Assembly: GCA_963718375.1 (NCBI GenBank)
Contig: CAVQZD010000002.1
Span: forward strand, 14,000-77,999
Length of the DNA stretch: 64,000 nucleotides
Direction of reading: 5' to 3'
Source of the DNA: an uncultured Actinomycetes bacterium
Lineage (GTDB): Bacteria > Actinomycetota > Thermoleophilia > RBG-16-64-13
The position numbers and the translations under genes are program-made. The notes under the pieces are model-generated. The model was not told where the DNA came from. It saw only the letters and a list, made by a program, of their open reading frames with translations, and did no database searches. Positions 28,396 through 37,039 of this stretch are shown one piece after another; position 1 is the stretch's first letter, and every line of letters begins with the position of its first letter.

Positions 28396-31300
28396 ATGCG
28401 GCTGAAGAGACGGACCCTCGGCGCGCTGCTCGGCGCGCTCATCTTCTTCTCCCTATTCCTTGCGACCTCGGGGTCGGTCTTTGCGACCACCTTCTACACG
28501 ACGAACTCTTCGACTGAGATCGGCACGGCGTACGAGAACGCTATAGAGCTGTCAGTGAAGGCGTACCCAGGCGGAGCGCCCGCTGCCGTGGTGACCAACG
28601 GAGAAGACTGGACGCAGTCGGCGGGCGCCAGCGTGCTGGCCCGAGCTTACGGTGGACCCCTGATCCTCTCCAACCCCGGGAGCCTCACGACGGGCGTCAG
28701 CAGCGAGGTGAAGCGCCTGAAACCGGCCGTGGTGTTCGCAGTGGGCCTGACGGAGAGCACGGCCGCCAGTCTGGACGCGGCGCTTGCCGGCCTGAGTCCT
28801 CGTCCCTGGGTGGTCAGATTGAGCGGCGCCAACGCCTACGAGACCTGTGCGGCAGTGGCACGACACGTGAAGTCCAAGTTGGGCGTCGCCTCGAAGGTGG
28901 TTGTCGTCCCTTCTGATTACTCCGGAGGGGTATTGGCCGGTTCGGCCATGGCAGCCGCCAACGGGTGGCCCATACTCCTGACGCCAGCAGCAGGGCCGTT
29001 CCCCCAGGTCTCGGCCAACGCGATCAGGGACATAGGCGCCACCTCGGGCATCGTCGTGGGCACGACCCTAAAGCCCGCCGTCAGCGGGTTCGGCGTGGAG
29101 ACGAACATCATGGGGACGGTCGCAGGCGACGACCCTGACGGACGGTTCAGTCTGTGCGCGAACACCGCTGAGTACGCCCGTGCCCGAGGGTACTCGAGCT
29201 ATTCGCGGTTGGGGATGACAGAGGCGTATGATCGGGTCGGCGGTATCGTCGTCTCTGCCTACGTCGCCCGAGACCGCGGAGTCCTGGTCTTGGCTGCTTC
29301 TGCCAGCATCCCCTGGCCTACCACCGATTTCATGCGTGAGCACGGCCGAGAGGTCTCCGAGGTGAGTATCGTCGGCCTCTCTTGGGGGCACGTGCGTGAG
29401 GTAAAGAGCAAGAACGCTGCCCGCGTAGACTCAGTCAGCCCCGGCAGTGGATGGGTGACCGGGGGGACGAAGGTGGTGGTCAAAGGCAGCGGTCTCGACT
29501 CAGCGAGCAGCGTCATCATAGGCAAGCAGGTCGTGCCGGCTGCCGATTGGCGGATCGACTCCAGCTCGCAGCTCACCATACTCGCGACCCCGAAGGCCTA
29601 CGGCGTGGGTCCGACGGAGGTGATAGTCCAGAACTACTGGAACCGGAGCCCCGCCACCGTCTCCGATCTGTACCGATATGTAGACGGCACTCCACCTCTT
29701 CCTGGCGAGACGGTGGTGAACGAGGCGATCAAGCAGTTGGGCGTGAGATACGTTTGGGCCGGCTCCACCCCCAGCGGCGGTTTCGACTGTTCAGGCCTCA
29801 CGATGTACGCCTACAAGCAGTTGGGCATATACCTGCCTCACTACTCTCGCGCCCAGGCGGGCTACGGCACGCCAGTGGGCAGTGACCAGCTGATGCCCGG
29901 AGATCTTGTGTTCTTCTCAGACCCCATAAGCCATGTGGGCATCTACGTGGGCGGAGGGTTGATGGTCAACGCTCCGCGGAGCGGTGATCTCGTGACCATC
30001 GAGAACGTCTACAGGTCCACCTATAACACGGCGCGGAGGATCATCTCGCCGTACACGTACTTCTCGGACGGCGACTCGAGGTTGTCTTTCACGGGCTCGT
30101 GGGGCGCCGAGACGTCGAGCGCGGCCGCGGACGGCAGTTTCCGCTATCTGAACTCGCCGGGGATGATCACCGTGAAGTTCAACGGCACGTATCTGAAGTG
30201 GCTGGCTACGACGGGTCCGCGCTACGGGAAAGCGAAGGTCACCGTGGACGGCGCGACGTCGGCCACAGTCGACCTATACAGCTCTACCAGTGAATACCAG
30301 AAGGCCGTGTGGACCACGGGCACGCTGAACCCGGGAGTGCACACCATAACCATCGAATGGACCGGCACTAAGAACGCGGCGGCTTCCTCGTACCGCGTGG
30401 ACGTTGATGCCTTCGATCTACTGGGGGCATTGGTGCAGGCCCCGAACCCCGTGCGCTATCAGGAGAGCGATCCGCGGTTGTCCTATCAGGGCACTTGGGC
30501 GAAGTGGTACACGCCCTCGGTCTCGAACGGCGTCTTCAACTACTCTTCCTCGGCCGGCAAGGCGACCGTCACCTTCGATGGCACCTACTTCGCATGGGTC
30601 GCCCAGACTGGGCCCATCTATGGAAAGGCGGGGGTGGCTCTCGATGGCGGGACGCCCAAGACGGTGGACCTGTACGCGGCGGCCTATGGAAGCCAGCAGA
30701 CGGTCTACTGCACGCCGCCTCTGGCGGAAGGGCCTCACACCGTCACCATAGAGTGGACCGGTACGAAGAACCCGGCAGCGACCAACGATCTTGTGAACGT
30801 CGACGCCATAGACGTCGTCGGCGATTTGACCGACGCCACCCTGCTACCGCCTGGGGCGGTGATCACTCGCTTCCAGCAGAACGACGGGCGTCTGGCTTAC
30901 AGCGGCACCTGGGCACGGTGGTATGCGCGCACGGCCTCCGGGGGCAGCTTCGACTACGCCGATGCGCCGGCCAGGGTGAACATCGAGTTCGACGGACGGT
31001 ACCTTGCCTGGCTGGCGGACATGGGGCCGGTCTATGGCAAGGCCTCGGTCATCTTGGACAAGGGCACGCCGCAGACCGTCGATCTCTACGCCTCTACCTA
31101 CCGGGGCAAGCAGGTAGCGTACAGGACCGGTGTCCTACAGGAGGGCCATCACACCCTGACCATCGAATGGACCGGTGACAAGAACGCAGCCGCGAGCAAC
31201 GACACAGTGAACGTGGATGCCCTCGACCTGGTGGGCGCGCTCACCCAAGCGAGCGGTGGCTCCACGGGCGCAGTGACGCGCCACGAGGAGACGGATCCGC

Positions 31301-32715
31301 TGCTCGGTTACATGGGCTACTGGACCCCCGTGGGTGTCGCCGGTGCGTCAGGGGGGGCCAGCACGTATGTGGGGGCAGCGGCGAAGTTGGTGCTCGGTTT
31401 CAAAGGCACTTCGCTGAACTGGGTGGCTGAGAAGTCCAAGTACTACGGCATCGCCAAGGTGACTCTCGACGACAGACCCTCTGTGCAGGTTGACTTGTAC
31501 AGCGCGGCCACCCTCTACCAGCAGACCGTCTACAGCACCGGCGAGTTGGGAGATGGCACACACACGCTCACCATCGAGTGGACAGGGTCGAAGAACCCTT
31601 CGGCCCTTGCGAACTGCATCGGCGTCGACGCGTTCGATGTCGCCGGCGAACTGGTGCAGGCGCCTGGGCTTACTCGACTCCAGCAAGATGCGGGCCAGAT
31701 CGCATACGCGGGCAGTTGGGCTCCAAATCCCTGGGGAGTCCCGGCCTCGGGCGGCAGCTCCTACGTCACCAACACCTTCGGCTCGTCCGCGACCGTCAGG
31801 TTCAACGGCACCTACATAGGCTGGGTCACGAAGAAGAGCCCGTACTACGGTCGTGCGAAGGTGTTCTTGGATCAGAAGGCACCCGTGACCGTGGATCTCT
31901 ACGACTCCAACGAGGTCTGGCAGCAACGTGTGTGGAACAGCGGGTTCTTGCCGCCGGGTGAGCACACTCTCACTATCCAGTGGAGCTTCGGCAGGAACAA
32001 GTCGGCTCTGGACACCAACCTGAGCGTGGATGCGTTCGACATCGCGGGCTCGATCGAGCAGGCCGTGCCTACCGTCAAGCACGACACGTCCACGGTGGTC
32101 ATCGACCCGGGGCACCAAGCGTACGCGAACTCCGGCCTCGAGCCGGTCGGTCCGGGGTCGAGCACTATGAAGGCCAAGGTCAGCGCCGGTACTGCCAGCG
32201 TCAACACCGGAGCGCCGGAGAGCGCGCTGAACCTGGCGCTGGGCCTCAAGCTCAAGACCGTCCTGCAGGGATACGGCGTGAGCGTGGTCATGACGCGCGA
32301 GACGGAGGCCGTGGACATCTCCAACGCCCAGCGTGCGCAACTGGCCAACCAGGCTGGTGGAGACGTGTTCGTCCGCATACATGCCGACGGCTCGACCGAT
32401 CCCTCCGTTCACGGGATATTGGTCCTCTATCCGGCCACCATCGCAGGCTGGACAGATGACATCGCTTCGGAGTCCTTGCGCGGAGCCTCCCTCGCCCTCG
32501 AAGAACTGATCAAGGCCACCGGTGCCAAGAACCGCGGGCTCGGCGCGCGCAGCGATCTCGCGGGGTTCAACTGGTCGAACGTGCCGGTGTTCTTGGCTGA
32601 GCTCGGGCTCATGACCAACCCGGCCGAAGACGCGCTGCTGGCCACCGACTCATACCGCAACAAGTTGGTGTCGGGTCTTGCCAAAAGCATCCTCTGTTTC
32701 TTGGACTACTACTAA
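28396..32715 (+). CDS. Secreted multidomain peptidoglycan hydrolase: signal peptide, 3 cell-wall-binding (CWB2-like) repeats, IPT/TIG, NlpC/P60 endopeptidase, 5 beta-sandwich-like repeats, Amidase_3 (MurNAc-L-Ala amidase)
   Basis: ORF 28306..32715. ATG 28396 follows GGAGGA. Signal peptide is MRLKRRTLGALLGALIFFSLFLATSGSVFA. NlpC/P60 motifs are GGFDCSGL..SHVGIYVG. The Amidase_3 region is VVIDPGHQ..SALNLALGLKL..VFVRIHADG..LAELGLMTNP. Confidence 0.88.
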   Translation: MRLKRRTLGALLGALIFFSLFLATSGSVFATTFYTTNSSTEIGTAYENAIELSVKAYPGGAPAAVVTNGEDWTQSAGASVLARAYGGPLILSNPGSLTTGVSSEVKRLKPAVVFAVGLTESTAASLDAALAGLSPRPWVVRLSGANAYETCAAVARHVKSKLGVASKVVVVPSDYSGGVLAGSAMAAANGWPILLTPAAGPFPQVSANAIRDIGATSGIVVGTTLKPAVSGFGVETNIMGTVAGDDPDGRFSLCANTAEYARARGYSSYSRLGMTEAYDRVGGIVVSAYVARDRGVLVLAASASIPWPTTDFMREHGREVSEVSIVGLSWGHVREVKSKNAARVDSVSPGSGWVTGGTKVVVKGSGLDSASSVIIGKQVVPAADWRIDSSSQLTILATPKAYGVGPTEVIVQNYWNRSPATVSDLYRYVDGTPPLPGETVVNEAIKQLGVRYVWAGSTPSGGFDCSGLTMYAYKQLGIYLPHYSRAQAGYGTPVGSDQLMPGDLVFFSDPISHVGIYVGGGLMVNAPRSGDLVTIENVYRSTYNTARRIISPYTYFSDGDSRLSFTGSWGAETSSAAADGSFRYLNSPGMITVKFNGTYLKWLATTGPRYGKAKVTVDGATSATVDLYSSTSEYQKAVWTTGTLNPGVHTITIEWTGTKNAAASSYRVDVDAFDLLGALVQAPNPVRYQESDPRLSYQGTWAKWYTPSVSNGVFNYSSSAGKATVTFDGTYFAWVAQTGPIYGKAGVALDGGTPKTVDLYAAAYGSQQTVYCTPPLAEGPHTVTIEWTGTKNPAATNDLVNVDAIDVVGDLTDATLLPPGAVITRFQQNDGRLAYSGTWARWYARTASGGSFDYADAPARVNIEFDGRYLAWLADMGPVYGKASVILDKGTPQTVDLYASTYRGKQVAYRTGVLQEGHHTLTIEWTGDKNAAASNDTVNVDALDLVGALTQASGGSTGAVTRHEETDPLLGYMGYWTPVGVAGASGGASTYVGAAAKLVLGFKGTSLNWVAEKSKYYGIAKVTLDDRPSVQVDLYSAATLYQQTVYSTGELGDGTHTLTIEWTGSKNPSALANCIGVDAFDVAGELVQAPGLTRLQQDAGQIAYAGSWAPNPWGVPASGGSSYVTNTFGSSATVRFNGTYIGWVTKKSPYYGRAKVFLDQKAPVTVDLYDSNEVWQQRVWNSGFLPPGEHTLTIQWSFGRNKSALDTNLSVDAFDIAGSIEQAVPTVKHDTSTVVIDPGHQAYANSGLEPVGPGSSTMKAKVSAGTASVNTGAPESALNLALGLKLKTVLQGYGVSVVMTRETEAVDISNAQRAQLANQAGGDVFVRIHADGSTDPSVHGILVLYPATIAGWTDDIASESLRGASLALEELIKATGAKNRGLGARSDLAGFNWSNVPVFLAELGLMTNPAEDALLATDSYRNKLVSGLAKSILCFLDYY
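30049..32061 (+). repeat. Five tandem coding repeats of about 130-138 aa (approximate boundaries 30049, 30439, 30835, 31249, 31660, end 32061) inside the hydrolase gene
   Basis: The recurring pattern is ..D.RL.Y.G.W...........F.Y.......V.F.GTY..W.A..GP.YGKA.V.LD......VDLY........V...G.L..G.HT.TIEWTG.KN.......V.VDA.D..G.L..A. The copies are diverged (not identical at DNA level). Confidence 0.85.
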
Positions 32716-32807
32716 GCATGGGGCACAATCTGCTGGTATCCTGGTGCGGCCGTTTCGAAGCATGAGCTCGGCCGATACCGGCCGGTAACGACGTTAGGAG
32801 AATCGAG

Positions 32808-33428
32808 TTGCTGCTCGACCGAAAGAGGATCCGCAAGTGGGCCAAGTGGGTGGCCCTTGGGCTCGCAATCGCCTTCGCAGCCGGCTTTCTTCTGATCGGC
32901 GTGGGCTCTGGTTCCGGGGCGAACGTCTCTGAGATCTTCAACAGCGGGTGTAGCTCGGACAATACCGCGGATACGTCGACGGTGGGCGATGAGGTGCAGG
33001 GATGGCTGGACGGACTGAAGGCGGATCCGACGAACACCGCCCTGATGCTCGAACTGGCGGACTACTACGAAGGCTTGTACAACGCCAGCCAGAACACCAG
33101 CACCGAAAGTGCCGACAGCGCGGTCCAGTACTATGAGCAGGCTCTGGCGACCGACTCCAGCCTCAAAGTGGTGTACGTGGATCTGGGGCAGTTGTTCATC
33201 AAGCTCGGCAGGTTCGCCGACGCGGCCAGGGTGCTCAATCAAGCCACAGTCGTGGATCCCGAGAACCCGGATGTCTACCTTTACCTGGGCACGGCCCAGA
33301 AGTCGGCGGGCAATATAGGGGAGGCGATCCTCGCGTGGCAGAAGTACCTCGAGCTAGACCCCGACAGCCGGCAGGCGGGCGCCATCAGGACCGAGCTGGA
33401 GACACTGATGACCACCAGCACCACTTAG
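32808..33428 (+). CDS. Membrane-anchored TPR-repeat protein
   Basis: 206 aa. N-terminal TM segment WVALGLAIAFAAGFLLIGV, then TPR-like helices (YYEQALATDSS.., LGTAQKSAGNIGEAILAWQKYLELDP). Confidence 0.65.
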   Translation: MLLDRKRIRKWAKWVALGLAIAFAAGFLLIGVGSGSGANVSEIFNSGCSSDNTADTSTVGDEVQGWLDGLKADPTNTALMLELADYYEGLYNASQNTSTESADSAVQYYEQALATDSSLKVVYVDLGQLFIKLGRFADAARVLNQATVVDPENPDVYLYLGTAQKSAGNIGEAILAWQKYLELDPDSRQAGAIRTELETLMTTSTT

Positions 33429-33531
33429 TAGGTGTAGGGCGGTAAATCGCGTACTATGTTTCTATGATGCGATGATTTTGGGGCGCGGGAGCATCTCCGA
33501 AGTCTGGACCTGAGAGGCGGAAGGGGAGACT

Positions 33532-33867
33532 GTGACTCTGTCTATCAGCACCGAGGCAAAGGGTGGCAACACGATCGTCCACGTGGACGGTGACCTGGAC
33601 GTGTACACAGCCCCACGTCTCAAGGAGGCCCTGGAGCCTGCCCTATCGAGTGGTGGCTCAGTGGTGCTCGATCTGTCCGGAGTGCAATTCATCGACTCTA
33701 CCGCACTCGGCGTCCTGGTAGGCGCGCTGCAGCTCGCACAGGCCAATGGCGGCGTTCTACACCTGGTCGTGAGCGACCCCTTCCTGCTCAAGATCTTCCG
33801 CATCACAGGCTTTGACGGGATGTTCTCCATGTTCCCGCGGTTGGAGGATGCTCTCTCCTCCGACTGA
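33532..33867 (+). CDS. STAS-domain anti-sigma-factor antagonist (SpoIIAA-like)
   Basis: 111 aa. Contains VDGDLDVYTAPRLKEAL..LDLSGVQFIDSTALGVLVGA..ITGFD. Confidence 0.85.
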   Translation: MTLSISTEAKGGNTIVHVDGDLDVYTAPRLKEALEPALSSGGSVVLDLSGVQFIDSTALGVLVGALQLAQANGGVLHLVVSDPFLLKIFRITGFDGMFSMFPRLEDALSSD

Positions 33868-33948
33868 GCCGTTCGCACCGGCAGCCGCTTCTAGGCGTGG
33901 TATTGTTCCCCCCGAAGCTGCTCACTCTTGCGCACTAGGAGACCCTGC

Positions 33949-36276
33949 TTGCAACTCATCATCACCGAGAAGAACGATGCCGCCAAGAAGATATCTGGCA
34001 TCCTCGCCGCAGGCGGAGTGGAGCACGGTTCTTATCTCAAGGTGGACTACTACAGCTATGACGACAAGTCGGGCCGCGCCACCACGGTCGTGGGTCTCAA
34101 AGGCCACGTCGTGCAGGTGGACTTCCCCCCCGAGTACTCAGAGTGGCGCAAAGTCGAGCCGCGGACGCTGATCGACGCTCCCCTGGTCAAGACGGAGAGT
34201 GCCAAGTCGGTGGTACGCACAGTCAAGAAGCTGGCAGCGGATGCGGACACGCTGGTCATCGCGACAGACTTCGACCGCGAGGGCGAGCTCATAGGTCTCG
34301 AAGCTCTCAACCTTGCCCTGGAGGAGAATCCCAAGCTGGTGAGGACGGTCCGCCGCGCCAGATTCTCGTCTTTGACCCCAGGGGAGATCACCAGCGCTTT
34401 CGAGAACCTGGACCAGCTATCCGAGCCGCTGGCGCGGGCTGCCGAGGCCCGGCAGGACATCGACCTGATCTGGGGTGCCACTCTCACGCGGTTCGTGTCG
34501 CTCGCTACTTCACGTCTGGGCAGCAGCTTTCTCAGCGTCGGCCGAGTGCAGACGCCCACCTTGGTGCTGGTGGCGGAGCGGGAGAAGGAGAGAAAGGCCT
34601 TCGTGTCCGAGCCGTTCTGGGTGGTCAGGATCGAGGTCGAGACGGATGGGCAGCGGTTCGGGGCCGTGCACAAAGAAGAGCGCTTCAGCGATGAGGCGAA
34701 AGCGACAGCCGTGTTCGAGAAGTTGGTGACGCCGGGTTCGATCACCGCCGTCAAGCAGACCTCCCGCAAGGTCCCCAGGCCCGCTCCTTTCAACACCACC
34801 AGCTTCACCAGTGCGGCCACTTCCCTGGGTTTCAGTGCCTCGGCGGCGATGCGCACCGCCGAGGATCTGTACATGGCGGGACACATCAGCTATCCGCGTA
34901 CGGACAATACCGTGTACCCGACTACGCTCGATCTGCGTGAGTCTCTCGGGATCCTCGCCGAAGGTGAGTTCGGTCAGGAGGCCGGTGAGCTGCTGGCGCG
35001 GCCGGAGCTACGGCCTAGCCGCGGCGAGAAGCGGACCACCGACCACCCGCCCATCTATCCCACCGGCGGCCCCCGCCGGAGCGAACTGGGAGACAGGGAG
35101 TGGCGCCTCTACGAGTTGGTCGCGCGGCGCTTCATGGCCACGCTCGCGGACGAAGCGGTGACCGAGTCGAACCGCATAGACCTGACGGTGAGCGACGAGC
35201 CCTTCTTCGCCCGTGGCAACCGGGTGGTGTCGCCGGGTTGGCTCGCCTACTACCCCTACAGCCGCCAGAAAGACCAGGAGCTCCCAGCGCTGCACGATGG
35301 AGACAAGGTCGATCTGGTGGACAAGCAGTTCGAGGCCAAGGAGACTCAGCCGCCGTCGCGCTACGGCCAAGGCACGCTCATCGAACTCATGGAGAAGAAC
35401 AACCTGGGCACGAAAGCGACGCGGCACGCCATCATCCAGAACCTATACGATCGCGGCTACGTGCACGGCAATCCGGTCGAGCCGACCTCCATGGGTATGA
35501 AGATGGCCGAAGCTCTACAGGAGTTCGCACCGCGCATAGCCTCGCCAGATATGACCGCGGAGCTGGAGAAGGACATGGACCTGATCGCCGTGCGCGATCT
35601 GACCAAGGAGCAGGTGGTCACCATCTCGCGCGACCTGCTGCGCCAGGCCTATTCTTCGCTGGAGACCAACAAGGAAGCCCTCGCGGCCAAGATTTACGAG
35701 GGCATCACCGACGACCGCATCCTGGGAGATTGCCCCAAGTGCGGGGAGCACAAGATCCGGGTGATCCGGTCCAAGGCCACCAAGAAGCGCTTCGTCGGCT
35801 GTGAGGGCTACCCCGCGTGCGACCAGACATATCCGCTGCCCCAGCGGGGAGACATCATCAGCACCGAGGATGTGTGCCCTGAGTGCGGGACCCCCAAGAT
35901 CAAGGTCTTGGGTGGGCGCCGCCCGTGGATACTCTGTCTTGACCCATACTGTCCGACGAAGGCTGAGTACAGAGAGAAGCAGGCGGCAAGAGCGGCGAGC
36001 GGCGAGACCACGGGGAAGCGGGGTAAGGCCAAGGGCAGCGCGGCCAAGGCGTCCACGACAAAGACCGCCGCGAAGAAGACGACTGCCAAGAAGACCGCCG
36101 CCGCCAGTAAGACGGTGGCCAAGACGACGACCGCCAAGAAGACGACTGCCAAGACGACGACCGCAAAGAAGACCACCGCCGGCAAGCGGACTCAGGCGAC
36201 CAAGTCAGCCGTAGAGGAGCCGGTCGCCACAGTCTCCGTCGCGGAGGGGGGCGAATCCGAGGAGGCGTCGGCTTGA
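33949..36276 (+). CDS. topA: Type IA DNA topoisomerase (archaeal/Topo III-like sequence signatures) with C-terminal Zn ribbons and a Lys-rich tail
   Basis: TTG 33949 lies 7 nt after AGGAG. Toprim is LIITEKNDAAKKI..TDFDREGE. The active-site region is GHISYPRTDN. Zn ribbons are CPKCG..CEGYPAC and CPECG..CLDPYC. The tail is AKKTTAKKT..AKKTTAKTTTAKKTT. Confidence 0.9.
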   Translation: MQLIITEKNDAAKKISGILAAGGVEHGSYLKVDYYSYDDKSGRATTVVGLKGHVVQVDFPPEYSEWRKVEPRTLIDAPLVKTESAKSVVRTVKKLAADADTLVIATDFDREGELIGLEALNLALEENPKLVRTVRRARFSSLTPGEITSAFENLDQLSEPLARAAEARQDIDLIWGATLTRFVSLATSRLGSSFLSVGRVQTPTLVLVAEREKERKAFVSEPFWVVRIEVETDGQRFGAVHKEERFSDEAKATAVFEKLVTPGSITAVKQTSRKVPRPAPFNTTSFTSAATSLGFSASAAMRTAEDLYMAGHISYPRTDNTVYPTTLDLRESLGILAEGEFGQEAGELLARPELRPSRGEKRTTDHPPIYPTGGPRRSELGDREWRLYELVARRFMATLADEAVTESNRIDLTVSDEPFFARGNRVVSPGWLAYYPYSRQKDQELPALHDGDKVDLVDKQFEAKETQPPSRYGQGTLIELMEKNNLGTKATRHAIIQNLYDRGYVHGNPVEPTSMGMKMAEALQEFAPRIASPDMTAELEKDMDLIAVRDLTKEQVVTISRDLLRQAYSSLETNKEALAAKIYEGITDDRILGDCPKCGEHKIRVIRSKATKKRFVGCEGYPACDQTYPLPQRGDIISTEDVCPECGTPKIKVLGGRRPWILCLDPYCPTKAEYREKQAARAASGETTGKRGKAKGSAAKASTTKTAAKKTTAKKTAAASKTVAKTTTAKKTTAKTTTAKKTTAGKRTQATKSAVEEPVATVSVAEGGESEEASA
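36030..36200 (+). repeat. Imperfect tandem coding repeats (gccaagaagacgacY-like) encoding the A/K/T-rich TopA tail
   Basis: Read directly from the sequence. It encodes KTAAKKTTAKKTAAASKTVAKTTTAKKTTAKTTTAKKTTAGK. Confidence 0.7.
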
Positions 36277-37038
36277 GCAAGGCCGGAGGCACTGGGGCGG
36301 CGGCCGGCGAGCCGGGTAGCGGATCCGACCGCGCGGCGGCCCGGGTGTTCGATGATCCGCCTGAGGACGCGACGCTGGATGAGTCCGTGCTCGCAGGGCT
36401 CGGCAGCGGGCTCGAAGGGGTCTTCATCAGCTTCGAGGGACTCGACGGCTCCGGCAAGTCCACTCAGATGGAGCTGCTGGCCGCGGCTTTGCGCGAGCGC
36501 GGCTACGTGGTCTTGGTCACCAGGGAGCCCGGCGGCACCCCGCTGGGCGAGGCGGTGAGGGACATGCTGCTCAATCCCAAGCACCATGGCATGTCGGCGC
36601 GTTCGGAGGCCCTGCTCTACGCGGCGGCCCGTGCGGAATTGGTGGAGCAGGTCATTAGGCCGGCTCTTGCAGGACGGACAGGTGGTCATCAGCGACAGAT
36701 ACCTGGATTCGTCGCTCGCTTATCAAGGCTACGGCCGTGGACTCGGTCACGATGACATCGTGACCTTGAACGTGTGGGGCACGCAGTGTCTGTTCCCCGA
36801 TCTCACCATCTTCCTGGACCTCGACGATGAGGTGCGGGGCACTCGGCTAGATGCGGTCCCCGACAGGCTGGAAGCCGAAGATGAAGCCTTCCATCAGCGC
36901 GTGCGCGCAGGCTTCTACGAGCTGCTACAACTGCATCCGCACCGCATACGCAGGGTGGACGCCAACGGCGACGAGGCCGAGGTGCAGGAGAGAGTCCGGG
37001 CCTTGGTAGAAGGGGAGCTCGAGCTCTTCAGCCACTAG
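36273..37038 (+). CDS. tmk: Thymidylate kinase, with one apparent frameshift near 36668; the N-terminal ~45 aa are uncertain
   Basis: FISFEGLDGSGKSTQ..REPGGT.. sits in ORF 36273..36755. It continues as QDGQVVISDRYLDSSLAYQGYGRGL.. in ORF 36586..37038. Confidence 0.85.
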
Positions 37039-37039
37039 A

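Noticed and set aside
35801-36463. Arg/Pro-rich ORFs on both strands overlapping the topA 3' end (35801..36214, 35900..36463, 35808..36185)
   Set aside because: They are artefacts of the A/K/T-rich repeat (GCC AAG AAG ACG) read in other frames. The topA frame is continuous and supported by the Zn-ribbon motifs.
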